A DNA stretch of 64,000 bases from Phoronis australis. Its lineage: Eukaryota > Animalia > Phoronida. The stretch is taken from contig NMRA01000199.1 in the NCBI GenBank assembly GCA_002633005.1, positions 318,995 to 382,994 on the forward strand. Reading direction: 5' to 3'. The notes below the pieces were generated by a model. That model saw only the letters and a program-made list of their open reading frames with translations. It did no database searches and was not told the origin of the DNA. The stretch's first letter is position 1, and every line of letters starts with the position of its first letter. The position numbers and the translations under genes are program-made. Shown piece by piece: positions 1 through 15,300 of the stretch.

Positions 1-2848
1 CCGTATACTTTCAATGGACGAAATCAGTGCTCTTACAGTGGCAATGACGTCATTATTCACTGGCGACACCTGGCCAAATTATCTGGTGTTATGTCGTCAC
101 AATACACTAACCGGAAGCTGCAACAGATAATTTAGGAGAGTGGCGCCTCCTGTAGGATAGTACGCAAGAAAATGTCGGACCTCAGTTTGATCCTTACTCA
201 GGTGGGAATTGATTTCTGGGTTTGCACAGAGCTGCCAGTCCTTCCGAAATTTTGAAATCATCTCACGTTTCATTAAGGAACAATTTGAGACTGGTATCAT
301 GCCTTAATTGGCGTAAATCGATTTTTTGTGACGGAAGGCGGGCGTATAGGTTATATTATACCAATTTCCAGCCGATACACTGAAGTCAATAAATACATTT
401 ATCACAACAGCGTAAGCCAAATGCAATGCAATTGATGACTTTTATTGCAATCGTCCCTGAACATCATCACGGAGTCTGTTATTGTCGACAATAATATGTG
501 GGATTTAGATATGTGTCATAAATATTTAAGCTGCCTATAGGGGTACACAGTGGAGTTTTTTAAAGGGGATAAGGGTTTTTAAGAAAGAATCGAATTCATC
601 GCTGTAGAAATGTCATACGAGGCATTCGAAGGTGGGAAATTTTCCATGGAATCTTTTTTTGTATTTTGTATATGATGTTTTGCCAGTCAAACCGCTACTG
701 CACATAGTCTGTCGGAGAATCCGATAGATGTCTCGCAGCGCCACCTTTGAGATCAGATGCCCTCCCTACTATTTCAACCATTCGATGTTTTATGTAAATG
801 TCATGCGGCTATCTGAAATGTTATTTATACACAAGACTCTTGTTTTTCTCTGTTGTCAAAATGTAGTCAGTTAACAACTTCTGGCATTCTCGCCTTGCGG
901 GTTATTCATCCTACTACTTAACCATATTTGTCATAGTCCATAACAGCGATGCCGCATTAAAATAGTAATTTCCTGATGTTAATTGTGTTACTTGATAGAA
1001 TTGGTCGGCTATTCTTAAGGGCGGGATGTACCAGTTTAACTTCCTCAATTGGCTCTTATTCGGAATTTTCTGCGTGAAATGACATGGCTGGTTGACTAGG
1101 ACGTAGCCTCGGCTCGGTGCGTCTTGCAAAGCTCCGTCGTTGAAGCTTTTCGTGGCGTAGTAATAGATTTTACGCTGGATTTATATAGCTCACCGTCTGC
1201 ACGGCTATTTCTCTCACGTAGGCGTTCACGGTATGACAAATGATGGTAGATAATACCAACAGACACGCACTCGGTGATAAATGGTTTTGTATTTTTCACT
1301 GATTACTTCTGAAATCGGTCAAGATGGCAGATGTGTTTAAATTATCTCAACGTCTCACAATTTGATGTCCGATGTTTGAAATTTGAATGTATGATAAACA
1401 CGTTAGATAAGATATGGCAAGTTGCCGCACCTGTGTCCTCTCGTCTTAACTCAGCAACTGCTCTACCTGGTGGAAATTCTTAAAACTAACCGATGGAAAC
1501 CATGGAATGTTTGATTGACTAGAATGGGGGATTTGGCAATATTTCTTGTTATATCACCTTCCTTGATTTTTTATGTAATTTGTCTTTGAACCATGAAGGA
1601 GAAGTCATATGCATAGCTAAGTGGAGAGTTCAAGTAATGAATTTCACCCCTTTCATTTTCTGGTTAATTTGCCCCTTCCTCTCCTGATCACTTGCCTTTC
1701 CAGTCTCCATATTTTCTGTCTGTTATGAGATTCCCCTGTTGGAGTGTCGTCCCTCATAAAATCATAGTTGAGCGGAATTCACCATCAATCTACAGCTATT
1801 AAGATTTTTGCCTAATTTATGTGAACTTTGAGGTACAATACATTTATGCGGGTACTGCACGTCTGCCCTTCGCGGCGCTCGGGTGACTTATAATGGAAAC
1901 ATCTATCGCTGTTTGGTTCTGATCCTTCAACATTTGATACAAAAACAAACATTCTTTTTTTCTTTTAAGCCTCCTATATGGGTGACGCTAAAAATCTTAA
2001 ACCTTGCCCATGGGCTTCAGCGCGTCAATTAGTGTGTTTGTTTGGTGACTCAAATTCCAGTTGACAGGTGTCGTGTTACGCGTTAATAATTGTCGGATTA
2101 AAAATATGACACTTAAAGCCGGTAAACTCGTCGATATGATGAGGTTGCATTTCGCGAGGTAGATCTTTCTCGAACAAGATTCAAGTTGAAATCTTGCGAC
2201 TAATATCAATGTATTTAAGTTGGATCAGATATCTGAGCGGAAAGCTCTCGGGGGTCTAACATTTACATATCTGACGTAACTAATGCGAACGTTCTAAGGT
2301 TTTACCTTTTAAACACTTAACGGAAAGCATCTTAAATTTTTGGTGTCGTCTGCCATCATTTATGTGGATTCCTAATAAAGTGAAAACAGTTGAAGGATTT
2401 ATTTGCTTGCGCTTAGCACACTAGTCAACATAAAGACGAAATGTCAATAGTGAGCGCTCGCAGGCTTTTATTCAATGTTTAATCCCCTTCAAAATCAAAC
2501 TCGTCACACGAGCTGTTCAAAGCCTTTCAACCAACTAAGCCGCTCACTCGGTATTTCTCAGTTTTCTGACCGCGACTTCCCCCACAGTAAGCAGTGGGGA
2601 CCTGTCAGTTCGTGTTACGACAAGCGATGACGCGCTCAATTAGAGGAGCGTTGGGTTGGCAGAGCTATCACGTGGTTAACTAGATGTTGCTGGAAGATTA
2701 GCTTCTACTAAATACTCACGAGTATGGTGCATTGTGTCTTACAGAACTCGACATGAAGAGGTGTGAATGAACGTAGTCTGTGTCCAACACACAGACAGGT
2801 TGAGACACGCATATGTTACTGGAAAATCGGCGGTGACAATTCGAAGCG

Positions 2849-3394
2849 ATGAAAACTTGGCGAGTGCGCAAGCGGGTGTCCCTTTCTGTTGTTTTTTACT
2901 CTTGTTGCTGTGGTGCGGCAACATTTCTGGTGGCAAACCTGGTTTTGTGGAATTCCAGACTCTTAACAGACTCTCAGGGATTTCTGAGAACAATTACCAG
3001 AGACCGTCGTGAGGACGTGCATTTGGCCGAGAACGCTTGGAATTTTCTTCAGCCACAGATACCCGAAACAAGACTTCGGAAACTGTTACAAAACTCATTC
3101 GACAGGACGGTAAACCCACGCACTAGCGTGTCAGAAAAGTGGGTAAATTGCGAGGATTTACTCAGAAACCCATCTACCAAAGAATTTTTAGACTCTGGGT
3201 GGACTAAAGCTGTGTACAGGACTAAAATCCATGGCAAACCCGTTGCCCTAAAAACGGTGGACGTAAAAGGCCGCGACGTGCAAAAATGTGTAGAGACGGG
3301 GAAATCTACTGTGGAGTGTTATGCTGTGGCAGCACAGAAAATAGTCAAAGAAATTATCTTCCTCCAAGGAGTATCTCACGAGAACATCGTCAAG
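2849..3394 (+). CDS. PKDCC: PKDCC-like coding exon 1 (signal anchor + kinase N-lobe)
   Basis: ORF 2849-3403, MKTW...HENIVK, then donor AAG|GTGAGT at 3395. Confidence 0.93.
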
Positions 3395-6300
3395 GTGAGT
3401 TAGTCTCTTAAGTCAAACATGCGTGAATAAGTTTGTTGAGAGCTCACTGTTGAGGGCTGGGCTTTGTTAGGGTTTATTGTTGGTCGTCCGGGTTCAATTG
3501 TTGGCCGTAAACATAACATGAATGCACGTTAAACGTTGGAACTATTCCATCTTCCCTCGGGTTGCTTCTGAACCTGTCGCGACACATCTGAGTACCGCGT
3601 GCATGGCTGGTGAAATCCCACACCAAAAAACCATCTATGTGACCTTAAACTGGGAACGCTGGTGATATATTAGACCGCAATAAAAACCAATTTAAGTTAA
3701 TTTAAAAACGGGGGATTCGCCTTATTGTTAACTATACAAAGCAACAAGGCTGAGGTTTGTTATCGGTGTAGCTACATCATGTTACGGCTTGGTTACGCTG
3801 TCCACTGAAAGATACGTCGCATTGACTAAACGAGGAACTTATTAACTTCTTGAGCATCCAGGCTAGTAGATTAGGTCTCTTAAGACCCAGTAGTTATAAT
3901 AAACCTTGGCACTTGGCGCCGGTTGCTCAAAAAATAAATACTCTACTTCGCACCCTCCGGCCAGCGAAACAGCGTTTACGAGAACTTGCAACCAGTCAAA
4001 TAACATACCGAAATACCAGCATCGCGGAGTAGCCCAGTGTGTAGAGGAACACAGTTATTGATTACAGATTAATCATTCTTTGTTTTTATCTAACGAAACG
4101 AGCGTTTTCTAAACGTCAGATTCGGAAATCGTTATTTTCTGCATTGTATTAACGATAATCATAAGGTGAAACTTGTGCCACTTGTCGATTTTAGTGGTGA
4201 TGATGTGGCAGTCCCAATAGGTGGTAGAAAGCAAATTGAAGCGATTTAGAGTTAAGAGTGCTCAAGTTGACATCCTGAATGACAAAAATGCATTGGCCTG
4301 AGGATACCTGGTTAATCCTGTCCGTCTCCAATCGCGCTATTATCCCGTCAACTTAGCCTTTGTATATCTCACGACGGATAAGACTTATTTCCAGCCGGGC
4401 AGTTACGAATTCAAAACCGTGTGCGCTTGATTTGGTTAAATACAGAGTCCATGCGTAAATTTGTTTGTTGAAAGAAGTGGGGGGCTTTGCAAGGCTTTGT
4501 TGACATTTAGGCTCCCATGGCTAACGCCTATTCTCGTGTCCACATATGTTTGACCCTTCCCAGCGCATCCTCTAATTTCGCCGTGTTCGACCAATTAATT
4601 GGGCGGAGCGGGCTGATTTGGACAGCGGGCGAGCCGAGTTTAAGTGGGCTTTAACTAAAACCTGGTCTGCAATTTACACAACATTAAGCAAATTATCTTA
4701 ATGTGTTTACCCTGTCCACGATTACGTGTATTCCTAAAGACGGGGATCAGACAGTGACGACGAGATAAAATATTTGGAAATTTGTTTGTTTATTTAAATG
4801 TAATATTAGGAATTTTGAACAGTGGAGCTTTGTGTTATGTACTAACTTTTATTTTTCTATGATATGCCTCTTCGTCAGTTTATAAAAACGCCTGGTTTCC
4901 TAAAGCGGCATTAAAGCCGTGCTTTTTGTCAAGAAAGGAGATTTGATTTAGGTCACATATCCTCTTGTTCCTTACTCAGTTTAGAAGTGATCTCTTGCCC
5001 CGGGAAGAAATGACAGATTGTTATTTTTTTTTTCAAACCAAGCTGACAAAATTTCAGGACACGTCGTGAACTGGAATTTTGTGAACTTCGGTATGAATGA
5101 ATAACCAAATGTTAGGTCTTTCGAATCTCCGGAATCACCTCAAATTTGACTATGAAACAATCTGTGACCTATTCTTTAACGCAAGTGGTCTAAGTCAAAA
5201 CTTGTAGCTGTCACGATCGTTTGAAACTAGTCCTGTGACACGCGGTTTCTTCTATACGTCGTAGTTTTTCAGAAGTTTCCATACAATTAAGCCCCTGGCC
5301 ATTTTTAATCCTATCTGGAGGCTACCTTTGATCCGCGTGGCATATACTAACTGCCTTATGCTGAGCACAGTCGCTCAACTTCTAAAAATCAAGCTGCGGT
5401 GATGCGCTGTATTCTTGTTAGTTAATGGTAATTGAAATCTCTAGCAGAGCTTTGTCCTCTTACTGAACGTTCGGGGAGTTTTTCAATCCTATTTTGGTTC
5501 GGAATTCGTTTTTCTAAGTACACCTGTAACACGTCATTATGCTTCTCCCGAACTTAAAGGAACACTGTGTTCGACACCTCCGACAATATGCCTCGTCCCT
5601 CAATATACATACACCAGGTGAAGTAACGCTAAAGAAGTATCATATGTAAATCCCAGCTAGCTTCCATTCCACTATATCATATTTGAACTACAGATTTTTT
5701 TCTCGTCTCAAGCTCCCACGCCATTACATAAATCACCTCTTCCTGAACATTGCAAACATAAATCGTCGGCCTGTCTTCTCGAAAAGTAGCGAGGAAGTGA
5801 CACGTCATTAATCACGCGTTGACAGCCGTCAGATAGACACGATTGGTCGACATGCTATTAACGAAGAAAAAAAAAACAGAAACGTTGCTCTACCATCCCA
5901 CTTCATCATTTTCAAATTCACCCAATTAATTGCTGTGTGTTCTTCGATTAGACAGTCGGGATAAATATTAAAGTCATGATAATACTGCAAGGGACTACCT
6001 CCTTCTACTGTCAAATTTCGTGCAAAAGTTTCTATCAAAAAGTGGAAACAACTCCATAACAGTGCCATGTATTTCCATCCTCAATATGCGTCCCGGTAAA
6101 CCCGGACCAGCTAAAACCAAACCAGCGTTACATACTCTGCACCCTCGTCCCTAAACTTCGCACAGGCACTGAAAATACTCCACACCTGGGGACAAAATTC
6201 TAGTCCCGGTGTATGGAATATGAACCGGAGTTTTGATGTTTGCTGGTCTAGGAGTGGGGTTTAGGGAATCGTAGCTGGGATTTAGAAGCGCGGAATCGTT

Positions 6301-9300
6301 GTCAACCCGTGTTTGTGGTGGTTTCAATTACAATTACAAAATGTTTTACAAATATTAAGTCTACAGAATTTGGTACGGTACTTTGCACAACTAATCCTCA
6401 TCGAAAGTAAAGACCCATTGGTTTTATATTGTCTGTTGCGATGTATATGTATTTTGGTGGAAATTAACCATGGAAGTTTAATAGATTTTTTGTGAAATGG
6501 TTTAGTAAACACTGGTACATAGAGAAAATGCCATTACTCTGCACACTGTGTCGTGTCTGGAGTTTCAACTTTGACATGTTTTCACCTGGTCTTCTTTAGG
6601 AGATGCTCCGCACACTTGAGTCCCCACTCGTAAATCGTCCTCGGCTCTGAAAAAGTTACATGAAAGCATAAATCATGTTGTTAGCACGCGTTCTTCTATG
6701 GTATCAAACCTGATTTATCGTCAATTCCCTGTCAACAAAGACGTCACACAGACAGTCGTTATTCACAACACGTAATAGATCATTTCATCGAGACAGGTTT
6801 TGTTGGTCACTGCAGAGCTCGTGCCTCCCTGACAACGAAGCGTCATCATCATTTAGTTCAAAGTGACTTCATGATTTGAAATTCATGTAAAATACACCTA
6901 TATCAAAGATATGCGCAAGGTTGTGCTGGGACATATGGTAACTAAAATCCGAACGAAAAGCAAAACTGTAAAAACCTCCCAAGTTTTGTTCTACGTTGAC
7001 GTGGAAAGATGTGTCAAAACTAGAGAACCTCAGTGATGGTGTTTTCAGGTCTCGGACAAGTTGAAATGTTTGGTAAACTTGAAATAGTTCAAGCCCTGAC
7101 TAAATTTTCGAACAATGTTGCCAATCGCTCAGTGTTTGTTTAAAATGTTTTGTCGTAACTGCGCTAAATTGGGTAAACAAATATACATTAGGAACAAACG
7201 ATAAAGTATTTAAATGTCTGCATACCTCAGTTCATCATGACCTAACGTACTTGTCTGTGCCTGAACCAAAATATACCTCCAAGTTACTTGGTTTAGCAAT
7301 CTTTTACTAGCTGTCTGGGTACTGTTGCCACTGTCGGATTTAGAGGGGGGCCAAGGGGGCCATGCCCCCCCCCCTTAAAATTCTCCCAGTTTCCATTTGG
7401 CAGTTCGGGGTGCGAATGTCTGACAGGCAAAATCCTGGCTAATACGCTGCCCTGTCCCCCCCAACTCAAAATCCTGGATCCGCCCCTGGTTGCTGTCCCA
7501 TGTTGGTTTCGAATTTTGTTTTCTTGACCACAGTGAGATATCCGTTTGTCTGCATTTGCTCTCATTTTTTTATTAAAAAACCTGGTTTTTGCTGGTCATG
7601 CTTTTCCTTGGTATCTGAAATAACAGGGAATAACGTGTGTTTTGACCATTTTGAATTTCTCACAGAAGACATGATTTCACTTCCCATCTAGTCAGTGGGT
7701 GGGCCTTTAGCTTTAGAAGCTTTAAAAAAGTGTCCCAGGCACTTTCACCTGGCAGTTTTATGTCCACGTTTTCCATCTAATGCATATGTGTACTTTTCAA
7801 AAGTATAATCATCCTGCATTTAAAGGTGCACCTTTTCGTCTTACTAGCCACTGAATTTGGTGAAAGTGACTAATGTTGAAATTTAGGGTTCGTGTACAAG
7901 TCAATGCGTCATTTTTGGTCAAAAAGAGTATTTGAACAGACACAATTAAAGACTGTTGGCCACATTAAACAAATTAAACCATCAAAATAGGTCAAAACAA
8001 CAGTAAAACTAAGTGTTTTAAAACCAGACCACCACCTAGTGATAGAACTACTTTCAATTACAAGTGCCTGTATCGTTTTGATGCTATATTAAAGTGACAA
8101 ATTTAGGTTTTCGAATTGTTTCAGTTGATGGACTTGGGGAGGGTTGGTGATAATTTGTTTACTATCAGCAGTGACACATTTTGAACAATTTGGGTGAGTC
8201 CCTTGAAAGTATAAGTAAGGTAGAGCACAGAGTTGTGTTATTCCATGTTCACTGAGACACGAAAAAGGACAGTAGTTGAATACTGGATTTACCAATTTTT
8301 ACCCCTAAATTGTCCATTTTGGTCAAAAAGCAAAGTTTCAAAAGTATTCAAAGATGTACTGTAAATTGCTTGAAAAGTTGATTTTGTACAGTTATGGAAT
8401 ATCTTTCATTTATTGGTATTAGTAACATTTTTCATGGTGAAATGTGCTTTCAGTGATATTTTTAGTAAAAGTTGCCTAGGTAACGAATCGTTTTTTTTAA
8501 GTATCTGGTTAAAATATACACCAAAAAACTCTGTTTGTGCTGTCTAAAGTTGGAGGTTGTTGTCCTTCCATTAAACAATGTTGTTCGTACCCTCAGTAGA
8601 AGTCTCATCAAATAACCAAATTTATTACGTTGAGCACATGCTGTTGTAAATTACCATTTGTGTGTTCTGAAATAATTGTAAATCTTCAGGAGTTTAGTTA
8701 TTTTTCCAAACTGCTGAACTCGCACTTCGAGAAATGCTCCGACGCATGTTTTCCATGCAAACGTATTTAACCTACTTTTTAGTTGTAATATTTAAAATCA
8801 ACAACTTTGGTAGTTTTGGCTAAACTGATTTAATGTTACTTATCTATCAGCCTAGGACCTGTTACTCTACGGGTATCAGAACTGAGTTTCTCAGTTTGTG
8901 ATTGGCTGATGCTGTAGTTTGTAGCGACCTCTACTGCTCAACATATTTGACAATTTAATCTATTTAAACTATGCGTTTTGTTTTTACAGAGAAGATGCAA
9001 CTTGAAACGTCATAACTTTTTGAATAATGAATTAGAAATACTCTATTTTGTCACAACGTAAATCGACAGGTGAAAATACTCTCGAAAGGTTTTCCTACAG
9101 CTCATCACCCACAGCCTACTCTCATATTTGTTCAGTAACTCAATATTTTTGAAATTCCGTATACGCTCGGTTTTTCTCGCACATGCCTCTGTGATAAGGG
9201 TGCGTACGAAAGTTGGTATCCTCGTAAACCACCTTCCAACTCTCTTAGTGCTTTAGGAGGTGTTTGAACTTGATTGAGGAACTCGGTGGTTTTGTCGCTT

Positions 9301-12300
9301 ACCCAGCGAAAAATGCTTGGAGGAGTTCTCTAAACCTGCACGCTTGCTCTTGGTGTAACTTGACAGGGAAAGCTACCTTCACTGTCATTGAGCAAACACA
9401 CTGTCCGATTCGATATTGAACGCAATCTGTGCTCGTTTTTTGTTTTTCTGAATAGACGTGAATGCAATAAACGCCTTTCCAAGATTGCCATGAATCTGTA
9501 AAAGTAACACTACAAATGGTAGCTTTCCTGAGTTGGATTGTCCTTAACAGTGTACATTACTGCTTCTAATTAGTGTACATGTGCACAGTTGGGTCTACAC
9601 TTGTTTATTTCTTCAGTGACATTAGATTCGACTCCTGCCCTCATTAAAATTAGCGGCGAATGACATTATCTAAATGCGATTTAACGAACAGGAAAACTTC
9701 TGCGTTATGTATATTTTTAGAACCAAACGCTGCGGTGCATCTTTTTACGCGAAGTTATATTTACGGGCTGTTAGGTTGTTTGCTATATTTATTGCCGCGG
9801 TGTGCTGTTCAAAATCTATCGATAAAAGCTACAGAAAAATACTGTAGTCCAATTCCGTATTCGCTGATTTGTTTGTAATGAAATACAGTCTCCCGTGGCG
9901 ATATGCCGCATTCTACATCACCCGATAGCTTATTTTGAGAATGCGAGTAGGTTTACAAATTAACCCAAGCCGGACAATTTCATCGAATGGGTTCCACGAC
10001 CAGTCATATATTTACAAAATAGCCAGGAGATGACTGTGTATTGATTTGGCTGCCTTTCAGTAATAATCGACAGAAGATGTCGAGGAAAGCCGAGGAGATT
10101 TACCTGCAGTTAATGTTTGTTATATGACAAGCATTTCATTTTAATAATTCGCCATTGAAACTTCTCGTTAACAATCACTGGACTAAAATGTGTTTTAGGT
10201 TACTAAATACTTATTACTGCGAGTTGTTGAATTTTTACTACCATTTGTTTCACAACTAACAGTTGGCGGGAAAGAAACGAAGTTGAGATTTTTAGATATC
10301 GGTTTCAGCATTCAGTTGGCACTGAGATGTCTTGCGATAGAATGGGAGAGGTCAAGTCTTGGCAGGACTGACCAGCCTTATGATTTTTTGAAACCTCACG
10401 GACTCATAAATGCAATGGGTGTTCTTTTTGACAACGGAAATAAACTCCTATCGTGATAAAATAAATTTCGAGAAAGATTTCGATGGAATAATTGATCTCG
10501 TTGTGAGTCTTGCAGTCAACTTATGATTCGGCTAACATTTTATGCCGTTATGTCGACCGTTGTTTTGTTTGGGGTCATCGTGATGTGTTGCGGGTTCTGT
10601 GTGTCCCGGTTTATGCATATCGGGATTCGATGTGTGCCGGGTTCTGTATGTCCAGTCTTCTGTGCATCAGACGAGGTTCTACATGTCTCGGTTTCTGTGT
10701 GTCTCGGTGTGGTAGTTTTATGGGTAAAAATAGTGGTTTTCGAGAAATGGTCACATGTCTTTGACCTAGAATGACCTTGAAATTGTCAAGAATGAACTGG
10801 GCGCCCAGGTTGGAAACCGGTAAGAATCGAGCCACAGGTCTTCCAATACCTCCAAATGGTGTGAGAGACGTGATCACAAGTAAATTATGCTAATTGTGAC
10901 CAACAATTATGAGTTAATTATGCATGCAAATTAAGTTTGAAAAGGGCAACGCAAAATGGTCATTTGGACCCAATGTCAATTTCTTATGAAATCTGCACAT
11001 ACATGTATCGCCTGTGGTTTGAATGTTATGTACGTTTTTTGGTTAAGGATTGCGTTTTTTGGAAATTGTCACGTGATCCTGGCCTTGAATGACCTCGTGT
11101 CGCAAATTAATTGAGCGCCCTGGTGAGCATAAGAATCGACCCAACGATCCTGAGATTCTGTCAAGTGGGTCCTGTATGTAATTTATGTTATTTGGTCAAA
11201 TTATGCATGCAAATCAGGGTTAATGAGGTCAATTTTTTGTCCTATATTAGGATCGAAGAAGCACCTCAAATTGTCATGTGGACGTAAAATAGCGATTGTA
11301 GCTAAAACTTGCGCACACTCGTCCGCTTAGCGCCTGGGCTATAACGTAAACTGAAAGGCCGGGACACATAGAACCCGGGACGCAAAGAAACCGGGACACA
11401 ATGCTACGCTCCCTTTTGTTATCCTCAAGCTGTCCTCGGATAACTACAATATTTTGATTTTGAGGTTAACGAGTCACGTGACTCGTCGTCCTGTGTAGCC
11501 AGTATAAGCGCCAGTAATTGACAACCCAACGTGTTGACAGTAATTGGACATTAAAGCACAATACATCACATGACATTTATAGCTGATTGAAGATTTATTT
11601 TTACATTAGGAAGCAATTATCCGATTGTTTAATGGCGGTCGTGCACGACCTATATCTTTTGGAAAGTCATGGAGTTGTTATTGTTTGAAGTTTTCAGTCT
11701 TTTTATTTTTCTCCGTGAGTAAGAGAAAATCGAGTTTTGGACCCCTACTCTCCCAAAAGCCTCGAGTAATTTTGTAGACTGTATTGTATCGTACAATTGT
11801 AGACATTTTAAAGTTCTCTCCCACACGGATGCCCTGTATGGAACGTCTACTGTTTAGAATATTGGATTATAAAAACAACTTAAAAATGCTGTTTACTTAG
11901 TATTAACCCAGCGAGAACCCCAACCAGGAATCAATTTTGGACACTCTAGCTACTACCTAAGCCTGCTACTGACGTAACCAACAACAACGCACTGCTGTTT
12001 GGAGTTTTAACAAGATGGCTCGACAAGGCACAGTTGTAAAAATATTAAGTGTGATTTTTTCAAATATGGCTCGATGGATGTGTCTTAACGAACTCGATGG
12101 AAAGCAATGCTACGCGTATGTGTTGCTCTGTTTTTAGCCTGCCGCCCTCTACTGGCGAACGGCGTTTCAGGTTTGCCCTTGTTGGGATGCTTCAATGGGC
12201 GAAGGCTTAAAAGACTAAAATTACGGATCTGCACCAAACTTTCAGAATATGAAGTCGATCATATATAGTGAAACCAATCGGCACGTGACAGGCTTTTAAT

Positions 12301-15300
12301 TATTGGCAATTCATCACCGTGGCAACTTTTATTCCGTTGACGTTTGCTTCATATGTAAATAATGTCAAATGTATCGTTCAAGCGCAATATACAACCCGTT
12401 CCATGGGGTCGACATCAAAATGCAGATGTTCTTAAAATAACCAATAAATGGTGACAGTGCGCTTAGTGATCAGGAATTTACATCATTAGCGCCTGAATGT
12501 TTCAGATTTGGCTTGACACTGGTATCTTTCATTTCATGTCCAAGTTGGTGTGCCACGGCGGCCGGCTTCGTTATTGAGCTGAGTTTCTTAAAAATCTGGT
12601 CTTATTCGATTCTTCCGCTTGGTGAAAATTTCAGTTCCGTCTTGCCGATCCACATGACCGTCCGCCCGTATCTACAAGTATTTCAGTCAAGGTTTCTTAT
12701 CTTTATTTGACAACTAAGTTTTTACGCCATGATTAGCCAAAGGATGAGTAAAAAAACCAATCCCACATAGTCTCCGGTTAATTTAAGAGCAACTGAAAAA
12801 TTCGGATTTTCAAAAAATGAGAACAGATCCAATTATGCTTTTTGGCCTTATCTGTGTTATTTAGTTTGGCGAGTTCACGCAAGTCTCCGCGGCTTGAGAT
12901 GTCGCCATGCATTACAAGCCTTGCGGCAATCTCTCTAGCTGCATTCGCGTGTGACTGCCGGTGCCCCAGGATGAATTCGACCCTTTCATGTTGACAAGTA
13001 GCCACTCGTCGCTTTCTTTTACTCCACTCTCGTGCGACAGCATCTCGTTTATTTTGCCACTCTTGCCTTTGGCGCCTGCGGTGACTTCCCGTTTTTCCCA
13101 ATAAGTCCAACGCCACTCGTTTTGTTCTTGTTTAATGATGACCAACAAAAAGGTTTCCGTTTATTTCGTTCCCTCTTAGAGGTTTCCTCTCAAACAAACA
13201 ACTCTCAAAGTCTCATTGATTGTTTAATGATTCGTCACAGCCCGGCGGGGATTATGTTTGGCGACTCTTTCTATGTGTGTAATTTGTTGACAGTCAGAAT
13301 GGTTTTTGAAATGGTATTGCAATGTTAAGTACAAAGTGACCATTAAGAATGAAATTTTTACCGATTTAACAGTCTATTACAAAAACGAAGAGCTGTAAAC
13401 CACTTGAATAAAATTAAGAAAATGGAGGCGCGCAATTCTAAGACTGTTTCCAAACAAAAGTTTGCCTGTATAGTCAGGTGGCCAAACTATGCTAAACTAG
13501 TTTGCAAAAATTGGAGAAATTTGCAAAATATTCCCATTTCCTACGACCAAGCAGTTAGGTAGATTTTGCTAACAGAAATTTGGCAGAGATTGCGAGATCT
13601 TCTTACAAACGGCGTTAATGCGAACGAAACACAACTTGCTACTGAAACATCGATGTCTTATCATCAAACTTGCTGCGACTCTGATTGTGTACGTGCAATG
13701 TATTTTTGTCATTTCTGTCTAAATTTGGATAATCTTTGGTACGCTCGTCGCCTCAAGTTTCCCGTCGGAGGCGAAAGTTATCTGCGCGTACGCGAACTTC
13801 AGTCATACGGCAATCATCGCTGGTTCCCTACGTGCCTAGCCAGCACGTGCTGGCTACCGACCACCTAGAACCAGCGAGACGGCAATCAGCCAGTTTGAAA
13901 GCCGCATGACTTGCCATGTAACTATAGTCCGCAACTTAATGCGCAGCGGAAATTTGGGACTACGAGTAGGCTACTGCCGGGTGTCCTTGGCAATGAATGT
14001 TGTCTATGCATGGGTGGATTTGGGGGAGGGGGCACTCAATGGATGTCGACCAGACCGTTTTTGCTAACCTGAAAGTCTGAGCGGGAATTTCCTGCCAAAA
14101 CTTGCCTTGCCGATAGAAAGTAGTGGAGTGTTTACGAACAGCCGCGGTTGCAAGAAAAATAGGTCAAGGGTACAGCAACCTGCATTTTTCAAAAGCAGGT
14201 TCAAAATAATAAACATATGCCATTCGTGGCCACCATATTGACAGCAAATCTCAAAATGTTATGCAAATTCAGAAGGCGCCAATTTCTTTTGAAACTGGGA
14301 GGAAATTCTCAAAAAACTATTGAATGGCACCTTTAGTCATGTGGCGTTCAAACTGGAGAATGATTGGCTCCATGTCTGAAGTCGGCGCATGCGCACTTTG
14401 CGCAGATAACATTCACCTCCGAGGTGAAATTAGAGGATCCGAAACTATCTAGTGTTCCGGGTGTTTCATGTCGTGTGAAATGTTGAGCTGCGCCGCGTTT
14501 CTGACGTGGCGAAGAACATCGCAACTTCCAGGGTGTAATTATTACCATCTTAATATATGACACTTCAGTTTTGAATAGTGATGAATGGCGGAAACGACAG
14601 TCAGTCAAGACACTTTATGCATTATGTATTTGGCGCCTATTAAACAGAATAACACGACAAGTACACGCGGTACTTTATGATAAATCGAACATGTTGATTA
14701 ATTGTATAATTAATTATGAATTAGAGACACTTGACTTTCGTCCTGATTGATCGAATTTCTATTCTTTTCAGGTGCTTGGATATTGCGTCCCAGCTAAACC
14801 CTACACGGGAAACGAGGACAGTTTGGTTGTCATAGTAACGGAACTTGGCGAACCTGTTGATTTAATTCGCCTTCTTCAAATGCCATGGGAAGATAGGTTG
14901 AGAGTAAGTAGCCATGCAAAATGGATTTTAAGAATTAATTAGAGACGTGTTCTGGTATTTTAGGTGTTAGAATTTTTTTAGAGAATTGGGGATCGTTCCC
15001 GTTTCTATTATTTATTCAGTTTTCTATCATTCAGTACGCATCCAACAACTTTACACGCGAAAAATGAACTTACGAACTTTGCGCCCACTTTAAACAAGAA
15101 CAGTGGACAACAGAGATGCCCACGTGATGCTGGAGTCAGCTTCAATTACCATACGTTCTGTTTTGCTCCCGAATTCAAAACTTTATTGATTATTGTTGAT
15201 CAGATTACGTCCACAACGGACTGGGTATGTTATGCTTCGCGATTTTCCTCATTAAATATGACCATTAATGAGAAGAACGCATCGGATTTACTTCGCTGTC

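Noticed and set aside
3470-3700. GGGTTCAATT B-box-like motif suggesting a tRNA gene
   Set aside because: No cloverleaf can be formed; at best a worn SINE fragment.
12778-13328. Cluster of 78-112 aa ORFs in PKDCC intron 1
   Set aside because: No recognisable domain or consistent splice structure; possibly decayed repeat sequence.
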